From positions 1-64,000 of the IMG/VR virus record IMGVR_UViG_3300034200_001536: a stretch of DNA of 64,000 nt; one strand, given 5' to 3'. Position 1 is the stretch's first letter. Each line of letters starts with the position of its first letter. Positions 10,153 through 21,990 of this stretch are shown here, one piece after another. Origin of the DNA: a virus. Position numbers and translations under genes: made by a program. The notes beneath the pieces are model-generated. The model ran no database searches. It saw only the letters and a program-made list of their open reading frames with translations, and was not told where the DNA came from.

Positions 10153-11958
10153 ATGGCTAAAAAAATAGTACCAATAAACTATACGAGTAGAGATTTTCAA
10201 AGTATTAAAGATGATTTAATACAACATGCGAAAAGGTACTATTCTGACGTATATAAAGATTTTAATCAAGCATCTTTTGGCTCTTTAATGCTTGATACTA
10301 CCGCTTATGTTGGTGATATTTTATCTTTTTATCTTGATTATCAAGCAAACGAAAGCTTTTTGGATACTGCTGCAGAATTTGAAAACATTATTAAACTTGG
10401 CAGACAAGTAGGATATAAATTCGCCAATACTAACTCATCTACTGGAATTGTTACCTTTTTCATCTCTGTTCCAGCAAGTACAAGTGGTTTAGGACCAAAT
10501 ATGGATTATGCGCCAGTGTTAAAAAAGGGAAGTTCTTTTTCTACTAAATCTGGCACAAGATTCATCTTAAATGAAGATGTTAGATTTGATGACCCAAGAA
10601 ATGAAATAAGAGTAAGTTTAGCTGACCCAGATAATGGGTTTCCATTATATTATGCAATTAAAGCACAAGGAACGGTAGTTTCTGGAATTATATCTTCAGA
10701 AAGAGTTTCTGTTGGAGATTATAAAAGATATCAAAAATTTACCCTTTCTCAATTAGATATTATTGAAATTTTATCTATCTATGATTTAGAGGGTAATCAA
10801 TATTTTGAAGTAGATAATTTATCACAAAATATAATTTATAGGTCTGTAACAAATAGAGATTTAAATGACGCTGCTTTAGCAAGAGAAGTATTAAAGCCAA
10901 TCATGGTGCCAAGAAGATTCGTTGTCGATAGAAACCTAAGAACCACCAGTATTCAATTTGGTGCCAGTTCTGATGTTATATTAAACGATAGTGATAGTAT
11001 GGTTGCAGAACCAACAAACGTAGTATTAAATATGTTTGGTAAAGATTATATTTCAAGTGATTATTTTGACCCAACTAAACTTTTAAACAGCGATAAAATG
11101 GGTGTTGCGCCTTCTAATACAGAATTAATTGTTACATATCGCTATAATAACACTAATCAAACAGTTAATTTTGCCACTAATACTCTTGTTAAGGTTGTAG
11201 CTCCAATATTTGAATTTCCTACAGAAGTTGGCTTAAGCAATACGGCGTTAAGTTTAGTAAAATCTAGTTTAGAAATCACCAATGAAGTACCTTTATTGGG
11301 AGATACTACAGTTATTGATTCTGAAGAATTAAAAAAGAGAATAGAAAATTCTTTCTCTACTCAAGGTCGTGCTGTAACAGAACAAGATTATAAATCTTTA
11401 ATTTATTCCATGCCAAACAAATATGGCTCTGTTAAGCGTGTTGCTATAATGCGTGACAGTAATTCGTTAAAAAGAAATTTAAATCTTTATATTTTGTGTG
11501 AAGGGGCAGACGGCTTCTTAACGACGGGTAATCAAACAGTAAAAAGTAATATTAAAAATTGGCTTTTAAGAAATAAAATGATTAATGATTCTATCGATAT
11601 TTTAGATGGCAAAGTGGTAAATTATGGAATTACGTTTACCGCTATTGGTTCAAACGATAAATCTAAATACGATACACTAAGTGATGCTATTAACCAATTA
11701 AAAGCTGATTTTTCGATGTTATCTGATTTTGGTGAAACATTAAATATTACAGATGTCTATAATTCTTTAAAAAAAGTAAGTGGAATTATCGACGTTGTAT
11801 CTGTTTCAATAGACGAAAAAATTGGCGGCGTTTATTCCGATTCTCAGTTTAGTTTTAAAGCCAATACCTCTAGCGATGGAAGATATATTAACGTTCCTGC
11901 AAACGTAGTAATGGAATTAAAATATCCAAATAGTGACATAAAAGGAACCATTCTCTAA
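10153..11958 (+). CDS. gp6: baseplate wedge subunit (T4 gp6 / baseplate J-like)
   Basis: NYTSRDFQSIK, AYVGDILSFYLDYQANESFL and QGRAVTEQDY motifs; follows gp25. Confidence 0.9.
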   Translation: MAKKIVPINYTSRDFQSIKDDLIQHAKRYYSDVYKDFNQASFGSLMLDTTAYVGDILSFYLDYQANESFLDTAAEFENIIKLGRQVGYKFANTNSSTGIVTFFISVPASTSGLGPNMDYAPVLKKGSSFSTKSGTRFILNEDVRFDDPRNEIRVSLADPDNGFPLYYAIKAQGTVVSGIISSERVSVGDYKRYQKFTLSQLDIIEILSIYDLEGNQYFEVDNLSQNIIYRSVTNRDLNDAALAREVLKPIMVPRRFVVDRNLRTTSIQFGASSDVILNDSDSMVAEPTNVVLNMFGKDYISSDYFDPTKLLNSDKMGVAPSNTELIVTYRYNNTNQTVNFATNTLVKVVAPIFEFPTEVGLSNTALSLVKSSLEITNEVPLLGDTTVIDSEELKKRIENSFSTQGRAVTEQDYKSLIYSMPNKYGSVKRVAIMRDSNSLKRNLNLYILCEGADGFLTTGNQTVKSNIKNWLLRNKMINDSIDILDGKVVNYGITFTAIGSNDKSKYDTLSDAINQLKADFSMLSDFGETLNITDVYNSLKKVSGIIDVVSVSIDEKIGGVYSDSQFSFKANTSSDGRYINVPANVVMELKYPNSDIKGTIL

Positions 11959-13388
11959 TGTCTATTAAAAGATTTATAGCCGAAAAAGATACTACCATTA
12001 CAGATGCCTATAAGGAAAATTTAGTAAGTCGTGGTATTAATGCAAATATGGGCGCAGCTGATTCTTTAGAAGTTTTTTCTATTTATGCACAAGCTAGTAC
12101 GTCATCTTTAGAAAAGAGCAGAATTCTAGTTCAATTCCCAATAAATGATATATCTGCCAGTAGAGCCACTGGAAAAATACCTACCAGCGGAAATGTAGAT
12201 TTTTATTTAAGACTTTATAACGTTGTGCATCCTTTTAGTGTACCAAGGAATTTTTCTATGACCATTAATCCTTTATCTAGGTCTTGGGATGAGGGCTATG
12301 GCTTAGACATGGAAGGCTATACAGATAATGGCTTTATATCCGGTACTGGCGGTATCGGTGTTACTTGGGTTTCTCCAACTAGTGGCGTTTATTGGGATTC
12401 ACAAGGAGGGGATTATTATACCGGCTCTGGCTATGATTTAACAGCTAGTTTTATATCTGGATTAGAAAACATAGAATTAAACATTACCTCTTTAGCCGAA
12501 CAGTGGATAACTGGTGCAATACCAAATTATGGCTTATTAATTAAACTTTCTTCTTCTTATGAAAACGGCAGCAACTTACAGAGCTTTTATACTAAAAAGT
12601 TTTCTGCAAGAGGTTCACAATATTATTTTAGTAGACCTTGTATTGAAGCACGTTGGAATCCATCGGTTACAGATGATAGAAACAATTTTTATGCATCAAG
12701 TAACCTTTTAAATACTGCCGATAACACAATGAATCTTTATTTTTATAATAAAGTCGGAGGGGCTTTAAAAAATATATTTGGTAATCCTATTCCAAATGTT
12801 TTGTTTTATTCTGATTCTAACTTTTCAAGTTCTGTATCGGCTTCTTATGTTTCTGTTTCTAATCCTATTCCCGGCGTTTATAAGGCGCAAGTTATTTTAG
12901 ATACAACTGCTAGTGTTTTATATGATAAATGGGTGAATGCTCTTACATCTTCAACAAAATATTTTTCTAGTTCCTTTGATGTATATCAAAGGGAAAACGA
13001 TACGGTAAGTAATTTACCAGAATACGTTATAAATATAACGAATATGAAGCCTTCATATAATCAAAACGAACAAGCTAGATTTAACATTTTTGTTCGTGAA
13101 AGAGATTGGCAGCCAAATATTTATACAGTTGCCTATAATAATGTAGAAAATACAGCAATTCCTAATTTATATTACAAAATATTTAGATTTAATGATAATT
13201 ATACTGTAGTAGATTACTCCACAGGTTCTTTAGCTTATACTAAAACATCATACGATTCAAATGGAAATTATTTTGAATTAGACATGAATATTCTTGAAAA
13301 AGATTATGGATATGGTATAAAATTAGCGTTGTGGGATGGTAACTTATTACAAGAATTTAAAGATGTATATAAATTTAGGATTAACTAA
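11958..13388 (+). CDS. virion structural protein, DNRLRE/carbohydrate-binding-like domain
   Basis: SRILVQF, SWDEGYG, WDSQGGDY, PNYGLLIK pattern; TAATG coupling to gp6. Confidence 0.6.
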   Translation: MSIKRFIAEKDTTITDAYKENLVSRGINANMGAADSLEVFSIYAQASTSSLEKSRILVQFPINDISASRATGKIPTSGNVDFYLRLYNVVHPFSVPRNFSMTINPLSRSWDEGYGLDMEGYTDNGFISGTGGIGVTWVSPTSGVYWDSQGGDYYTGSGYDLTASFISGLENIELNITSLAEQWITGAIPNYGLLIKLSSSYENGSNLQSFYTKKFSARGSQYYFSRPCIEARWNPSVTDDRNNFYASSNLLNTADNTMNLYFYNKVGGALKNIFGNPIPNVLFYSDSNFSSSVSASYVSVSNPIPGVYKAQVILDTTASVLYDKWVNALTSSTKYFSSSFDVYQRENDTVSNLPEYVINITNMKPSYNQNEQARFNIFVRERDWQPNIYTVAYNNVENTAIPNLYYKIFRFNDNYTVVDYSTGSLAYTKTSYDSNGNYFELDMNILEKDYGYGIKLALWDGNLLQEFKDVYKFRIN

Positions 13389-13390
13389 AT

Positions 13391-16300
13391 ATGGCATTGA
13401 AAGACTTATTTGGTAAAACAACTGAAAAGGTTGTTACCAAGCAGCAATTGCAGGATTTATATAATCAGGCTGAATCACAAGAATATGTTGAACAAGTTTT
13501 AGAAGATAAAGAAAGATATTTACCTGTTGTTGATTTTTCTTCTGCTTCAAACTTTGCTCACTATGGTTCTGCTGAAAAGTATTATGTTGATGCCATTAAA
13601 AACATATACCAAAATTATCCTTACGACGGCTCTAAAAAAGAAAAACAAGAATGGAGAAATGGTTCTTCTCAATTAGACTTATATATTTTTGATGAAATTT
13701 ATCCAAAAACAACAGGTTATGTTTCTTTAAGTTCCAGTGCTACATTAAGTAATGTAAACGGTTATCGTTCTTCTTCTGCTCCACAATATATAAAAATTAA
13801 AGGCGGTCCAAATCCTTCTTCTACTGGTAATTTTGAAACTGCTAATCTATATGATTTAGATGCTAACAGAGAATCAAACTTAGGCATTACCTCATATGGC
13901 AATACGGTAGAATTCTGGTTTAAAGATGATTTAACCTCCTCTAATGCAAATTATAATTATTCATATGCCTTATTTGATTTATGGAACGGCATAACAGCTA
14001 GCTCAAGTGATTATACAAGATTGGCATTAACAAAAATAAGTGGTTCTAATAAATTTGCCGCCACTTATCGCTCTGGTTCAGCGGGTATAACAGAAGAAAC
14101 TTTAGATTATACTTTTGATTCTTCTACGTGGCATCATTATGCCTTTTCTTTTACAAACTATAATACAAATGATTTAGAGGTTTGCTTATATGTAGATGGA
14201 AATCAAGTTCTACGCTCGGTATACACTGGCGACGGGGGCATAAATTTAGCTAATAATGCATATCTTGTTGCCAATATCGGCGCTCTAAGAGCAGATTTAA
14301 CATCTGCAAATACTACTTCAGCTAATTTAGGTCCATCATATGGTTCGTATGATGAATTCCGTTTCTGGAAGACATCTAGAACATCACAACAAATTTATAG
14401 AAACTGGAATACACAAATCGGCGGTGGTGCTAACACAGACGATGCAAATAAAGATTTAGGTGTATATTTTAAATTTAATGAAGGCGTAGTAGATAACACA
14501 GATATTAATGACCTAGATAAGATTTGTTTAGATTACTCAGGACGTGTTTCTAATGGAACAATAATTAATTATGTTGTTTCTTCTAAAAATACTGGTTCAG
14601 CAATTGATACATATTTTGGTGTAACACAAGAAAATAAAGACCCAATTGTATTTTCAGGTAACCCATTAGTACAAAGCATATTAGAAACATATACAGATTT
14701 AGGCTTTCAACACGACCAAAATAACACTTCAAACATATATAAAACATTTCCAGCTTGGATTACCGAAGAAGCTGAAAAAAAGGGCTATCAAGATTTATCG
14801 CAATTAATTCAAATCATATCAAGTTATTTTGATACATTGTATTTGCAAATTGAAAGCTTGCCAACAATTAAAAATTTAGATTACGATACACAATCTGGAA
14901 AACCAAAGCCATTCGCTAAATCTCTTTTAAGTTCCAACGGATTCCAGAATTTAGAATTATTTAATGATACAACATTTTTAGAAGATGTATTGTCAAGAAA
15001 CGACTCAGCAGAATTTCAAGAAAAATTACATAGCGTAAAAAATTCAATATATCAAAACATTTATAATAACTTATCTTATATTTACAAGAGCAAGGGAACT
15101 GAAAAATCTCTTCGTAATTTAATTCGTTGTTTTGGCGTAGACGATGATTTGGTAAAAATTAATTTATATGCCGATAACGCTCAATATAATTTAGAAAATA
15201 AATACACTTATACAACAACGACCAAAAAATTTGTTGATTTTAACAATCCTGATAGAAATACAGGATATATTTATCAAAAAGCAAAAACAGGTGATTCTAA
15301 CACTTATGCCTTTATTCCGGGTAGTGCGGCTGATTATCTCGACCATGTTCCTTTAACAATTCAAGCAGAAGCTATATTTCCAAAAAATCCAATTATTGAT
15401 AGCGATAACTACAATGTCAATAACTTTGAAACCTCATCGTTGTACGGTGTGCATACTGCTCTAGGTGACCCAAATGATTTTTCTTGGGGTGGCGATGAGT
15501 TTAATTTTCAAGTATATTCTGTAAGAAAATCTATTGGCAGCGAAGAAGCGTACTTCTTAGTAACCGGCTCTTTTGCTGGATATCCAATACAACTATCGTC
15601 TAGAATCTTCAAAGATGTATATGATAACCAAAAATGGAATTTTGCAGTACGTATAAAACCAGAAAATTATCCGCATAATAATTTGGCTTCTGGTAGCGGC
15701 GAAAGTGACTATATATTTGAATTTGTAGGTATTAATTCAATAGCAGACAGTATTGATAACAGCTTTTCTTTAACAGCCAGTGTTCCAAATTTCAACATGA
15801 CAACCGCTTTGGCTAAAAATAAGCGTGTATATGCTGGAGCACATTATACCGATTTTGATAATACAAGATTAGAGCACAGAACAGATGTAAAAATTAGTTC
15901 AATTCGTTTTTGGTTTGATTATTTATCCGATACAGAATTGGAGACTCATTCTTACAACGCTGCTAACGTTGGTAGACAATATCCTAATTGGCCTGCAACC
16001 TTTATTGCTAGTTTATCTGGCTCATTGGCTTCTAATGCACCAATAACAAAACTTGACACCTTGGCGCTTCATTGGAATTTCTTTAATGTATCTTCATCGG
16101 ATACTAATGGACAATTCATAGTTGAAGATGTATCTTCTGGTTCTCTAGATTCTGTGTCACAATATGGGCTTGATTGGTTTGGTGGTATAGCTAAATACCA
16201 ATTCCCCGGCTTTGCGGATGAATTCTTAGCTAACGATTCTCAAGTAGTAAATAAAGAATATGTTTTTTCTGCTAAGCAACAAAATCCAGAAACATTAAAC

Positions 16301-19300
16301 GGTAACGATTTAGTACAAATACTTGATACCGATGACGTAACCAGAACAAAAGACAGTAAACCAATACAATATTATATTTCTATTGAAAAGAGCATGGCGC
16401 AAGTTCTTAACGATGAAATAATGAATTGGTTTGCGACTATCAAAAGTTATAATAATTTAATTGGCGACCCATTACAACGTTATAAACAGGAATATACAGG
16501 CTTACAACACTTAAGAGAATTATTTTTTAGCAAAGTAGATAACACTATTAGTTTTGAAAAATTCTTTGAATTCTACAAATGGATTGATAGCTCATTATCA
16601 ATGATGATTAATCAATTGGTTCCTGCTTCCGCTAACTCAAGTGACAAAGTACGTAATATGGTAGAAAGCCATATGTTGGAGCGTAGTAAATATGTCAATA
16701 AACTTCCAACAATTGAATTTAAGGGTAATCCAAAATCTACTCCCGCTATTTCACATTTAAATTATAGTTACAAAGAACAAGCGGCGTATCCTAATAATTT
16801 AACCGATGACGTAACAGTTAGTCGTTATTATAATTTCAAACCACAGTGGCTTAAGCAAAGAGCAATAAGAAACGAAACCCCTGTAGACACCGTTTTACAA
16901 CCTACAAACGACATAGATAGAGAAATTTTACGTCAAGTCATCAACGAAAAAAACTTGGATTCAGTTCCAAGACTTTATTCAGTTGATACAAATAGCAATT
17001 ACGATGGTAAAAGAGATGAAACAAGAATTTTTACTCAAACTTATCGTTTATTAACTGATAAATTGTTAGTAATTGAAGATACCATTGAACCAGTAAATAT
17101 TGCTAATAATCTTTTTACATCGCAATTTATATTTGCTTCTGCAAGTGTTACCGCCTCTGGTCAAATTATACAACCAATTAAGAAAAAGGGCAATTATTAT
17201 AATGCCTATGAATATGTATTTATTCCCGGTAGAACTAATAATAATAAATCATTTATAGATTTAGAAGGAAACGTTTCTGGTTCTTCTAGCGTTTCTCCAT
17301 TAGGCTTTACTGATAGAACTTTACCAGTTAGAAGCGTTAATAAGCAAATTATCGTTGAAAGATTTAGCGCTCCCGGTGGTCCAGAAGTCAACAGCAGAGG
17401 AGCAATGGATACTGCAGCCGAAGAATATTCAGTATATAATTCTTTAAATTATAGAAACTTTAGAGTACGTAAAGTATTAAATGCTTGGCTAGCAGAAAGT
17501 TCTAGTATTGATGAAAATTACCCCTCATATCACAAAGTAAATAAAAATACTGCTCGTTATCCCGGCGACGATAATAACACTTATACTAATACACAAAACG
17601 ATAACGAATTTGTAGTACACGCAATCCCACGTAGCGATTCTCAATACGCATGGATTACTGCTTCTTTGTCTGGCGGTGCTAATTTTACAAGCTATATTAG
17701 TGAATTCGATAATATTAGTGCAAGTTATCAATTTATAAGCTCTTCTAACTGGACTTTTACCAATTTACCTTTTGTTAATTTTAGGTATTTTGGTAACTCT
17801 AATGATGATATATTAACAGATAAAATATACGATATTACAACAAATACAATATCGGGCGGTGAATTATTTGGAGCATTTACGTTTATTGGTACGCATTTCT
17901 ATTTGACTTCTTTAAATGGCCCATATCAATATCCTTCATGGAAACAAATTAGAAATGCAGAAAACCCATTAAGCATAATTTCAAGAAAAAATAATAATAT
18001 TCTTATTCAAGACGCTCCAAAGCAAAAAACCAAATATGTAAATGGTAAAGCAGAATCATATCTAAATACAAGAGAACAAACGTTTACAACCTTTAAGGAA
18101 CCACCAGTATCTTATAACAAGCCAATGATGCAAAAAATTGTCATTTCTGGCTCTAGCGACCCAATAGAATTAGTAACAACCTATGACAACAATAAAGAAC
18201 GCTTTGTTAATATTGATTTAGCAAAACGCACTGGTGTTGGTTTAAGAGATGAATTACAAACTCACGATATATTAGTAAGCCTAGAACGTGATAAAGTATA
18301 TGAACCAAGTCCTGAAATTATTGAAGCCGAATATACAGCGCAAATTTATCCAGCGAAAGAAAATACTGGTCTTAAAGAAACACGCTCTAGACCAAATTAT
18401 GCAGAAGTAGCGGGAACTGGTAGTAACGGCTATGATAGAAATTCAGGAGAAATTAGAAGCTTCTGGAAGGATTCTATTATTGATAGAAGAAGAACAAATG
18501 CTTTCTATTCCTCTACAAAAACTGGTTCTTTAAATAATTTAAATATTGCACAATTAAGTGGAACTTACATTTCTTCCAGCTACAGCGGTACTATAAGACA
18601 TAAATCTGGTTCTTTGTATCGTGTGCCGTCTGTCGCCGATTTTAATGTAACCACATCAGTAAATAAAAACTATGATAGTTATTATGATTCTGTTTTTTCC
18701 CTAGACAACAGCAGCAGTTATTCTTATCAGTCACAAATTACTTTTTATAATCCTAGTAGTAGTTTTAATACCATTTATAACATTTTTTCTTCTTCTTACG
18801 GAGATTTAGCCGGTTTTGATGAATTGGAAGCAAGACAATTATTAACTTATCAAGATGGAGAATATTACGACCAAGCTATCACCCGTTCTTCAGACCAAAC
18901 AGAGGTTGTACAATATTTTAAATATAACGTAAGCGGCAACATCGTAAGACCTAGAGCAGCTTATGTCAATAAAATACATTATCCCAGTTCTTTTAGTAGA
19001 ATTTTATTTGTAACTGGAGCGTTTTCTATTCTTCCTACTAATTCATCTACCTCTATAAATTATACTAGAACTTTTATCAATGAAGGAATGCTTCATAAAA
19101 CTAATCAATTAGCAGGTAAAAATCCTTGGTATAATTCATATGAAGATTTTTTTGCCGATTTAAAACCATTATCTCAAGATAAAACTTTATTACCTGAATA
19201 TACTTTTTCTGAACATGCAGATTATTTTATAAAAGATAATAATGGAGATTTTAAAATTGCTCCACCAAATAATTATATTTCTTTTATTGGTTCTGATGTA

Positions 19301-21988
19301 TCAGTTAACGATTATGATGGTGCTTATAATATTACTGATACGTTAAATAATTTTATATTTAATGATATTAACAATAGCGATAAAACATTAAAATTATCTA
19401 TTAATGGCGTTAAGAAATTATTGCCGTATAAAGGTTTTTATCCACAAGAAAGAACTGCTCAAATAGTAGATTTATTTCAAAAATCATTTTTTAATATTTC
19501 AATGAATGATATAACGGGCGGCTATCCGACTTATAGATATTATTCTGGTGTTTATGGAAAAAATTATGTTGACGCCGGCGGATGTCCAATAACACAGCAA
19601 ATGCAAACTTTGCTACAGCCATATTTTGCTCCCGGTATTTTATTTAATACTATTAAATCAGGAATTGCTGTAGATTGGCCGACTTATATTAGCGCTTCAG
19701 CGTATTCGTTTCTATTTGCTGCGCCATCCGAAGTTAAGTTTTTGCCTGCACCCGGTCACGGGACCTCATCTTTTGCAGTAACTTCTTTGACAGATAAAGT
19801 ACCAGTTTTAAATAAAAATTTTGATTTGAGAATACCTTTTGAATCTTTAATTGATTTAAGAGGATTTGAAGAGTCAGAAGAAACTATTTTATCTTATCTT
19901 GACCCAACTAGATATAATACAGAAACATTTTTAGATATGACTGCTTCTGGACTTTCATCAAATACGTATTCTGGTCATAGTATAAGAGCAAATCCTATAT
20001 TTTCTTTTAATAACAAATATTCTAAAAATAATCAATCTAGAAAATTTTTAGACAATAGATATACTTTAGCAATTAATAACTTTTTAGCTGAAACACCAAG
20101 ATTTTTCCTTCAAGACCAATCATTAACAAGTTTTACTAGTAATAATGATGTAGCCAATATTAGTTTTGAAGTTGGTAAACAGTATGAAATGTATGTTCAA
20201 ATAGAAAAAGAGCAAAATGTTAAGATGATACTAGATTCTCTAGATGATACAGCATACATTTATTCTTCTTCTACAACTCCATATATAACTTCTGGAAGTG
20301 GCGGATTTATAACTGGTACGCTTATTACTTCCTCAGCTAAATTTCCAGCTGCGTCATTGTTTGGTCCACCATCACAATATTTCGCTTCTTCTAGCGGTGA
20401 TGAATCCTTATTAGGTCATAAAGCTTATGACTCTCCAGCTTATGCCCCTTATGTTCCTCCGTATTATTATGGAGCACAAAGAGCTAAATTAACATTTATC
20501 CCAACAAGCGAAGTATATACGTCATATCAGGAAATTATTAATATGTTAACTGTTTCTTGTGAACAGGCAACAACTGAAATGACTGATTTCTTTTCTTCTT
20601 CTATAAATGAAATAAGTGGCGTTACAGCTTATTTAACTGGTTCTACAGCTTATGTCAATAGAATGCCGCTAACTTCTAGCATTAGATATGATATTTTGGT
20701 TGGAAAAAACCAAGTTAAATATGGTTTAGATGGTCAAGTAATAGATATTACTGATACTAATGATGTCGCTGCCAAATTGTGGCGTATACAAACCAAATTT
20801 GAAACACCGATATTAAACTTTAATACTGATTTAAATAAATCTGTTGATACTACAAGTACAACACTAAGCAGCACCAATAATAATATAACTTATGGAGGAA
20901 ATTATTATTTTGATATTCTCAATAATCAAACAACAAAATTTGGTTTTATGGGCATGTGGGGCGGTTATGCACAAACTGGCTCTAATAGTGGTATATCATT
21001 AAATATTATTAAGGGCAGAAACAAAGGACAATATAGAGATTTAGCAGAAACCTGTGGATTTAATGCGGAAACAAAATATGTTGGTCAAATAGCTGCTAAA
21101 AAAGAAATTAGTGAAGCAATCGTTATGATTCCTTTTACCAGAATTAAGAATCATAGAGAGGGAAAAGATGACACTAATTTTGATTTCACTAGGGCAAGAA
21201 CTATAAAAGAAATTATTGGCGAAAATGGAAAAACAAGCGATGTAGGCACAAATGGACCATATTATTTTGCAGTTGACCGTTTAGCTATAAACACAGTTTT
21301 AAGACAAAATGGCATTAATATTGATTTTAACAGCAACGTATCATATAGAGATTTAAAAAATATATTGTCTAATATTCAAACCGACAATTCTATTATAAAA
21401 ACAATGAAAGCTATGTCTAACTACGTATTACCTCCGCATTTAGATTGGCTCTATAACAGAAACATAAGTCCATTTGTTATGTATATGTTTGAGTTTAAAC
21501 ATGAATTGATGGGTGATGAATTGGCAGATATCTGGCAAGGAGTTATGCCTAAATCAGCCATGCAGGCAAGTTTAGATACAGTTGATATTGAACACGCTTT
21601 AAACGACCTTGAGTTCTTCCATGGCAAAAAATTACCAGATGATATTCAATGGAAAGTGTTTAAGGTAAAAAGACGTGCTAACTATTCATATGATAGTTTA
21701 GTAACTGGCGTGGAAGAAAGATTCAACTTCAAGAGTAAAGAATCAGAAGAATTAGTATATTCTTATAACTGGCCTTATGATTATTTCTCGTTGGTTGAAC
21801 TAGTTAATATTGAAGCAAGTCTCAATGTAAAACCAACTACGGTAATAGTAGAAACTACTGATGGGCAGCAAGTGGAGTTATCAAAAGATTCTAGGCAACA
21901 AACATTAACCGTACAAGAAGCTAAAAGGCAAACAGAAGCTACTAAAGAAGAATCAAGTATAAGTACCTTAAAAAACACTAAAGTATAA
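13391..21988 (+). CDS. 2865-aa baseplate protein with LamG/concanavalin-like domains and gp7-like motif
   Basis: TVEFWFK..WHHYAFS..LYVDG..DEFRFW (LamG); YIYKSKGTEKSLRNLIRCFG (wedge gp7/tail-I-like motif). Confidence 0.7.
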   Translation: MALKDLFGKTTEKVVTKQQLQDLYNQAESQEYVEQVLEDKERYLPVVDFSSASNFAHYGSAEKYYVDAIKNIYQNYPYDGSKKEKQEWRNGSSQLDLYIFDEIYPKTTGYVSLSSSATLSNVNGYRSSSAPQYIKIKGGPNPSSTGNFETANLYDLDANRESNLGITSYGNTVEFWFKDDLTSSNANYNYSYALFDLWNGITASSSDYTRLALTKISGSNKFAATYRSGSAGITEETLDYTFDSSTWHHYAFSFTNYNTNDLEVCLYVDGNQVLRSVYTGDGGINLANNAYLVANIGALRADLTSANTTSANLGPSYGSYDEFRFWKTSRTSQQIYRNWNTQIGGGANTDDANKDLGVYFKFNEGVVDNTDINDLDKICLDYSGRVSNGTIINYVVSSKNTGSAIDTYFGVTQENKDPIVFSGNPLVQSILETYTDLGFQHDQNNTSNIYKTFPAWITEEAEKKGYQDLSQLIQIISSYFDTLYLQIESLPTIKNLDYDTQSGKPKPFAKSLLSSNGFQNLELFNDTTFLEDVLSRNDSAEFQEKLHSVKNSIYQNIYNNLSYIYKSKGTEKSLRNLIRCFGVDDDLVKINLYADNAQYNLENKYTYTTTTKKFVDFNNPDRNTGYIYQKAKTGDSNTYAFIPGSAADYLDHVPLTIQAEAIFPKNPIIDSDNYNVNNFETSSLYGVHTALGDPNDFSWGGDEFNFQVYSVRKSIGSEEAYFLVTGSFAGYPIQLSSRIFKDVYDNQKWNFAVRIKPENYPHNNLASGSGESDYIFEFVGINSIADSIDNSFSLTASVPNFNMTTALAKNKRVYAGAHYTDFDNTRLEHRTDVKISSIRFWFDYLSDTELETHSYNAANVGRQYPNWPATFIASLSGSLASNAPITKLDTLALHWNFFNVSSSDTNGQFIVEDVSSGSLDSVSQYGLDWFGGIAKYQFPGFADEFLANDSQVVNKEYVFSAKQQNPETLNGNDLVQILDTDDVTRTKDSKPIQYYISIEKSMAQVLNDEIMNWFATIKSYNNLIGDPLQRYKQEYTGLQHLRELFFSKVDNTISFEKFFEFYKWIDSSLSMMINQLVPASANSSDKVRNMVESHMLERSKYVNKLPTIEFKGNPKSTPAISHLNYSYKEQAAYPNNLTDDVTVSRYYNFKPQWLKQRAIRNETPVDTVLQPTNDIDREILRQVINEKNLDSVPRLYSVDTNSNYDGKRDETRIFTQTYRLLTDKLLVIEDTIEPVNIANNLFTSQFIFASASVTASGQIIQPIKKKGNYYNAYEYVFIPGRTNNNKSFIDLEGNVSGSSSVSPLGFTDRTLPVRSVNKQIIVERFSAPGGPEVNSRGAMDTAAEEYSVYNSLNYRNFRVRKVLNAWLAESSSIDENYPSYHKVNKNTARYPGDDNNTYTNTQNDNEFVVHAIPRSDSQYAWITASLSGGANFTSYISEFDNISASYQFISSSNWTFTNLPFVNFRYFGNSNDDILTDKIYDITTNTISGGELFGAFTFIGTHFYLTSLNGPYQYPSWKQIRNAENPLSIISRKNNNILIQDAPKQKTKYVNGKAESYLNTREQTFTTFKEPPVSYNKPMMQKIVISGSSDPIELVTTYDNNKERFVNIDLAKRTGVGLRDELQTHDILVSLERDKVYEPSPEIIEAEYTAQIYPAKENTGLKETRSRPNYAEVAGTGSNGYDRNSGEIRSFWKDSIIDRRRTNAFYSSTKTGSLNNLNIAQLSGTYISSSYSGTIRHKSGSLYRVPSVADFNVTTSVNKNYDSYYDSVFSLDNSSSYSYQSQITFYNPSSSFNTIYNIFSSSYGDLAGFDELEARQLLTYQDGEYYDQAITRSSDQTEVVQYFKYNVSGNIVRPRAAYVNKIHYPSSFSRILFVTGAFSILPTNSSTSINYTRTFINEGMLHKTNQLAGKNPWYNSYEDFFADLKPLSQDKTLLPEYTFSEHADYFIKDNNGDFKIAPPNNYISFIGSDVSVNDYDGAYNITDTLNNFIFNDINNSDKTLKLSINGVKKLLPYKGFYPQERTAQIVDLFQKSFFNISMNDITGGYPTYRYYSGVYGKNYVDAGGCPITQQMQTLLQPYFAPGILFNTIKSGIAVDWPTYISASAYSFLFAAPSEVKFLPAPGHGTSSFAVTSLTDKVPVLNKNFDLRIPFESLIDLRGFEESEETILSYLDPTRYNTETFLDMTASGLSSNTYSGHSIRANPIFSFNNKYSKNNQSRKFLDNRYTLAINNFLAETPRFFLQDQSLTSFTSNNDVANISFEVGKQYEMYVQIEKEQNVKMILDSLDDTAYIYSSSTTPYITSGSGGFITGTLITSSAKFPAASLFGPPSQYFASSSGDESLLGHKAYDSPAYAPYVPPYYYGAQRAKLTFIPTSEVYTSYQEIINMLTVSCEQATTEMTDFFSSSINEISGVTAYLTGSTAYVNRMPLTSSIRYDILVGKNQVKYGLDGQVIDITDTNDVAAKLWRIQTKFETPILNFNTDLNKSVDTTSTTLSSTNNNITYGGNYYFDILNNQTTKFGFMGMWGGYAQTGSNSGISLNIIKGRNKGQYRDLAETCGFNAETKYVGQIAAKKEISEAIVMIPFTRIKNHREGKDDTNFDFTRARTIKEIIGENGKTSDVGTNGPYYFAVDRLAINTVLRQNGINIDFNSNVSYRDLKNILSNIQTDNSIIKTMKAMSNYVLPPHLDWLYNRNISPFVMYMFEFKHELMGDELADIWQGVMPKSAMQASLDTVDIEHALNDLEFFHGKKLPDDIQWKVFKVKRRANYSYDSLVTGVEERFNFKSKESEELVYSYNWPYDYFSLVELVNIEASLNVKPTTVIVETTDGQQVELSKDSRQQTLTVQEAKRQTEATKEESSISTLKNTKV

Positions 21989-21990
21989 CA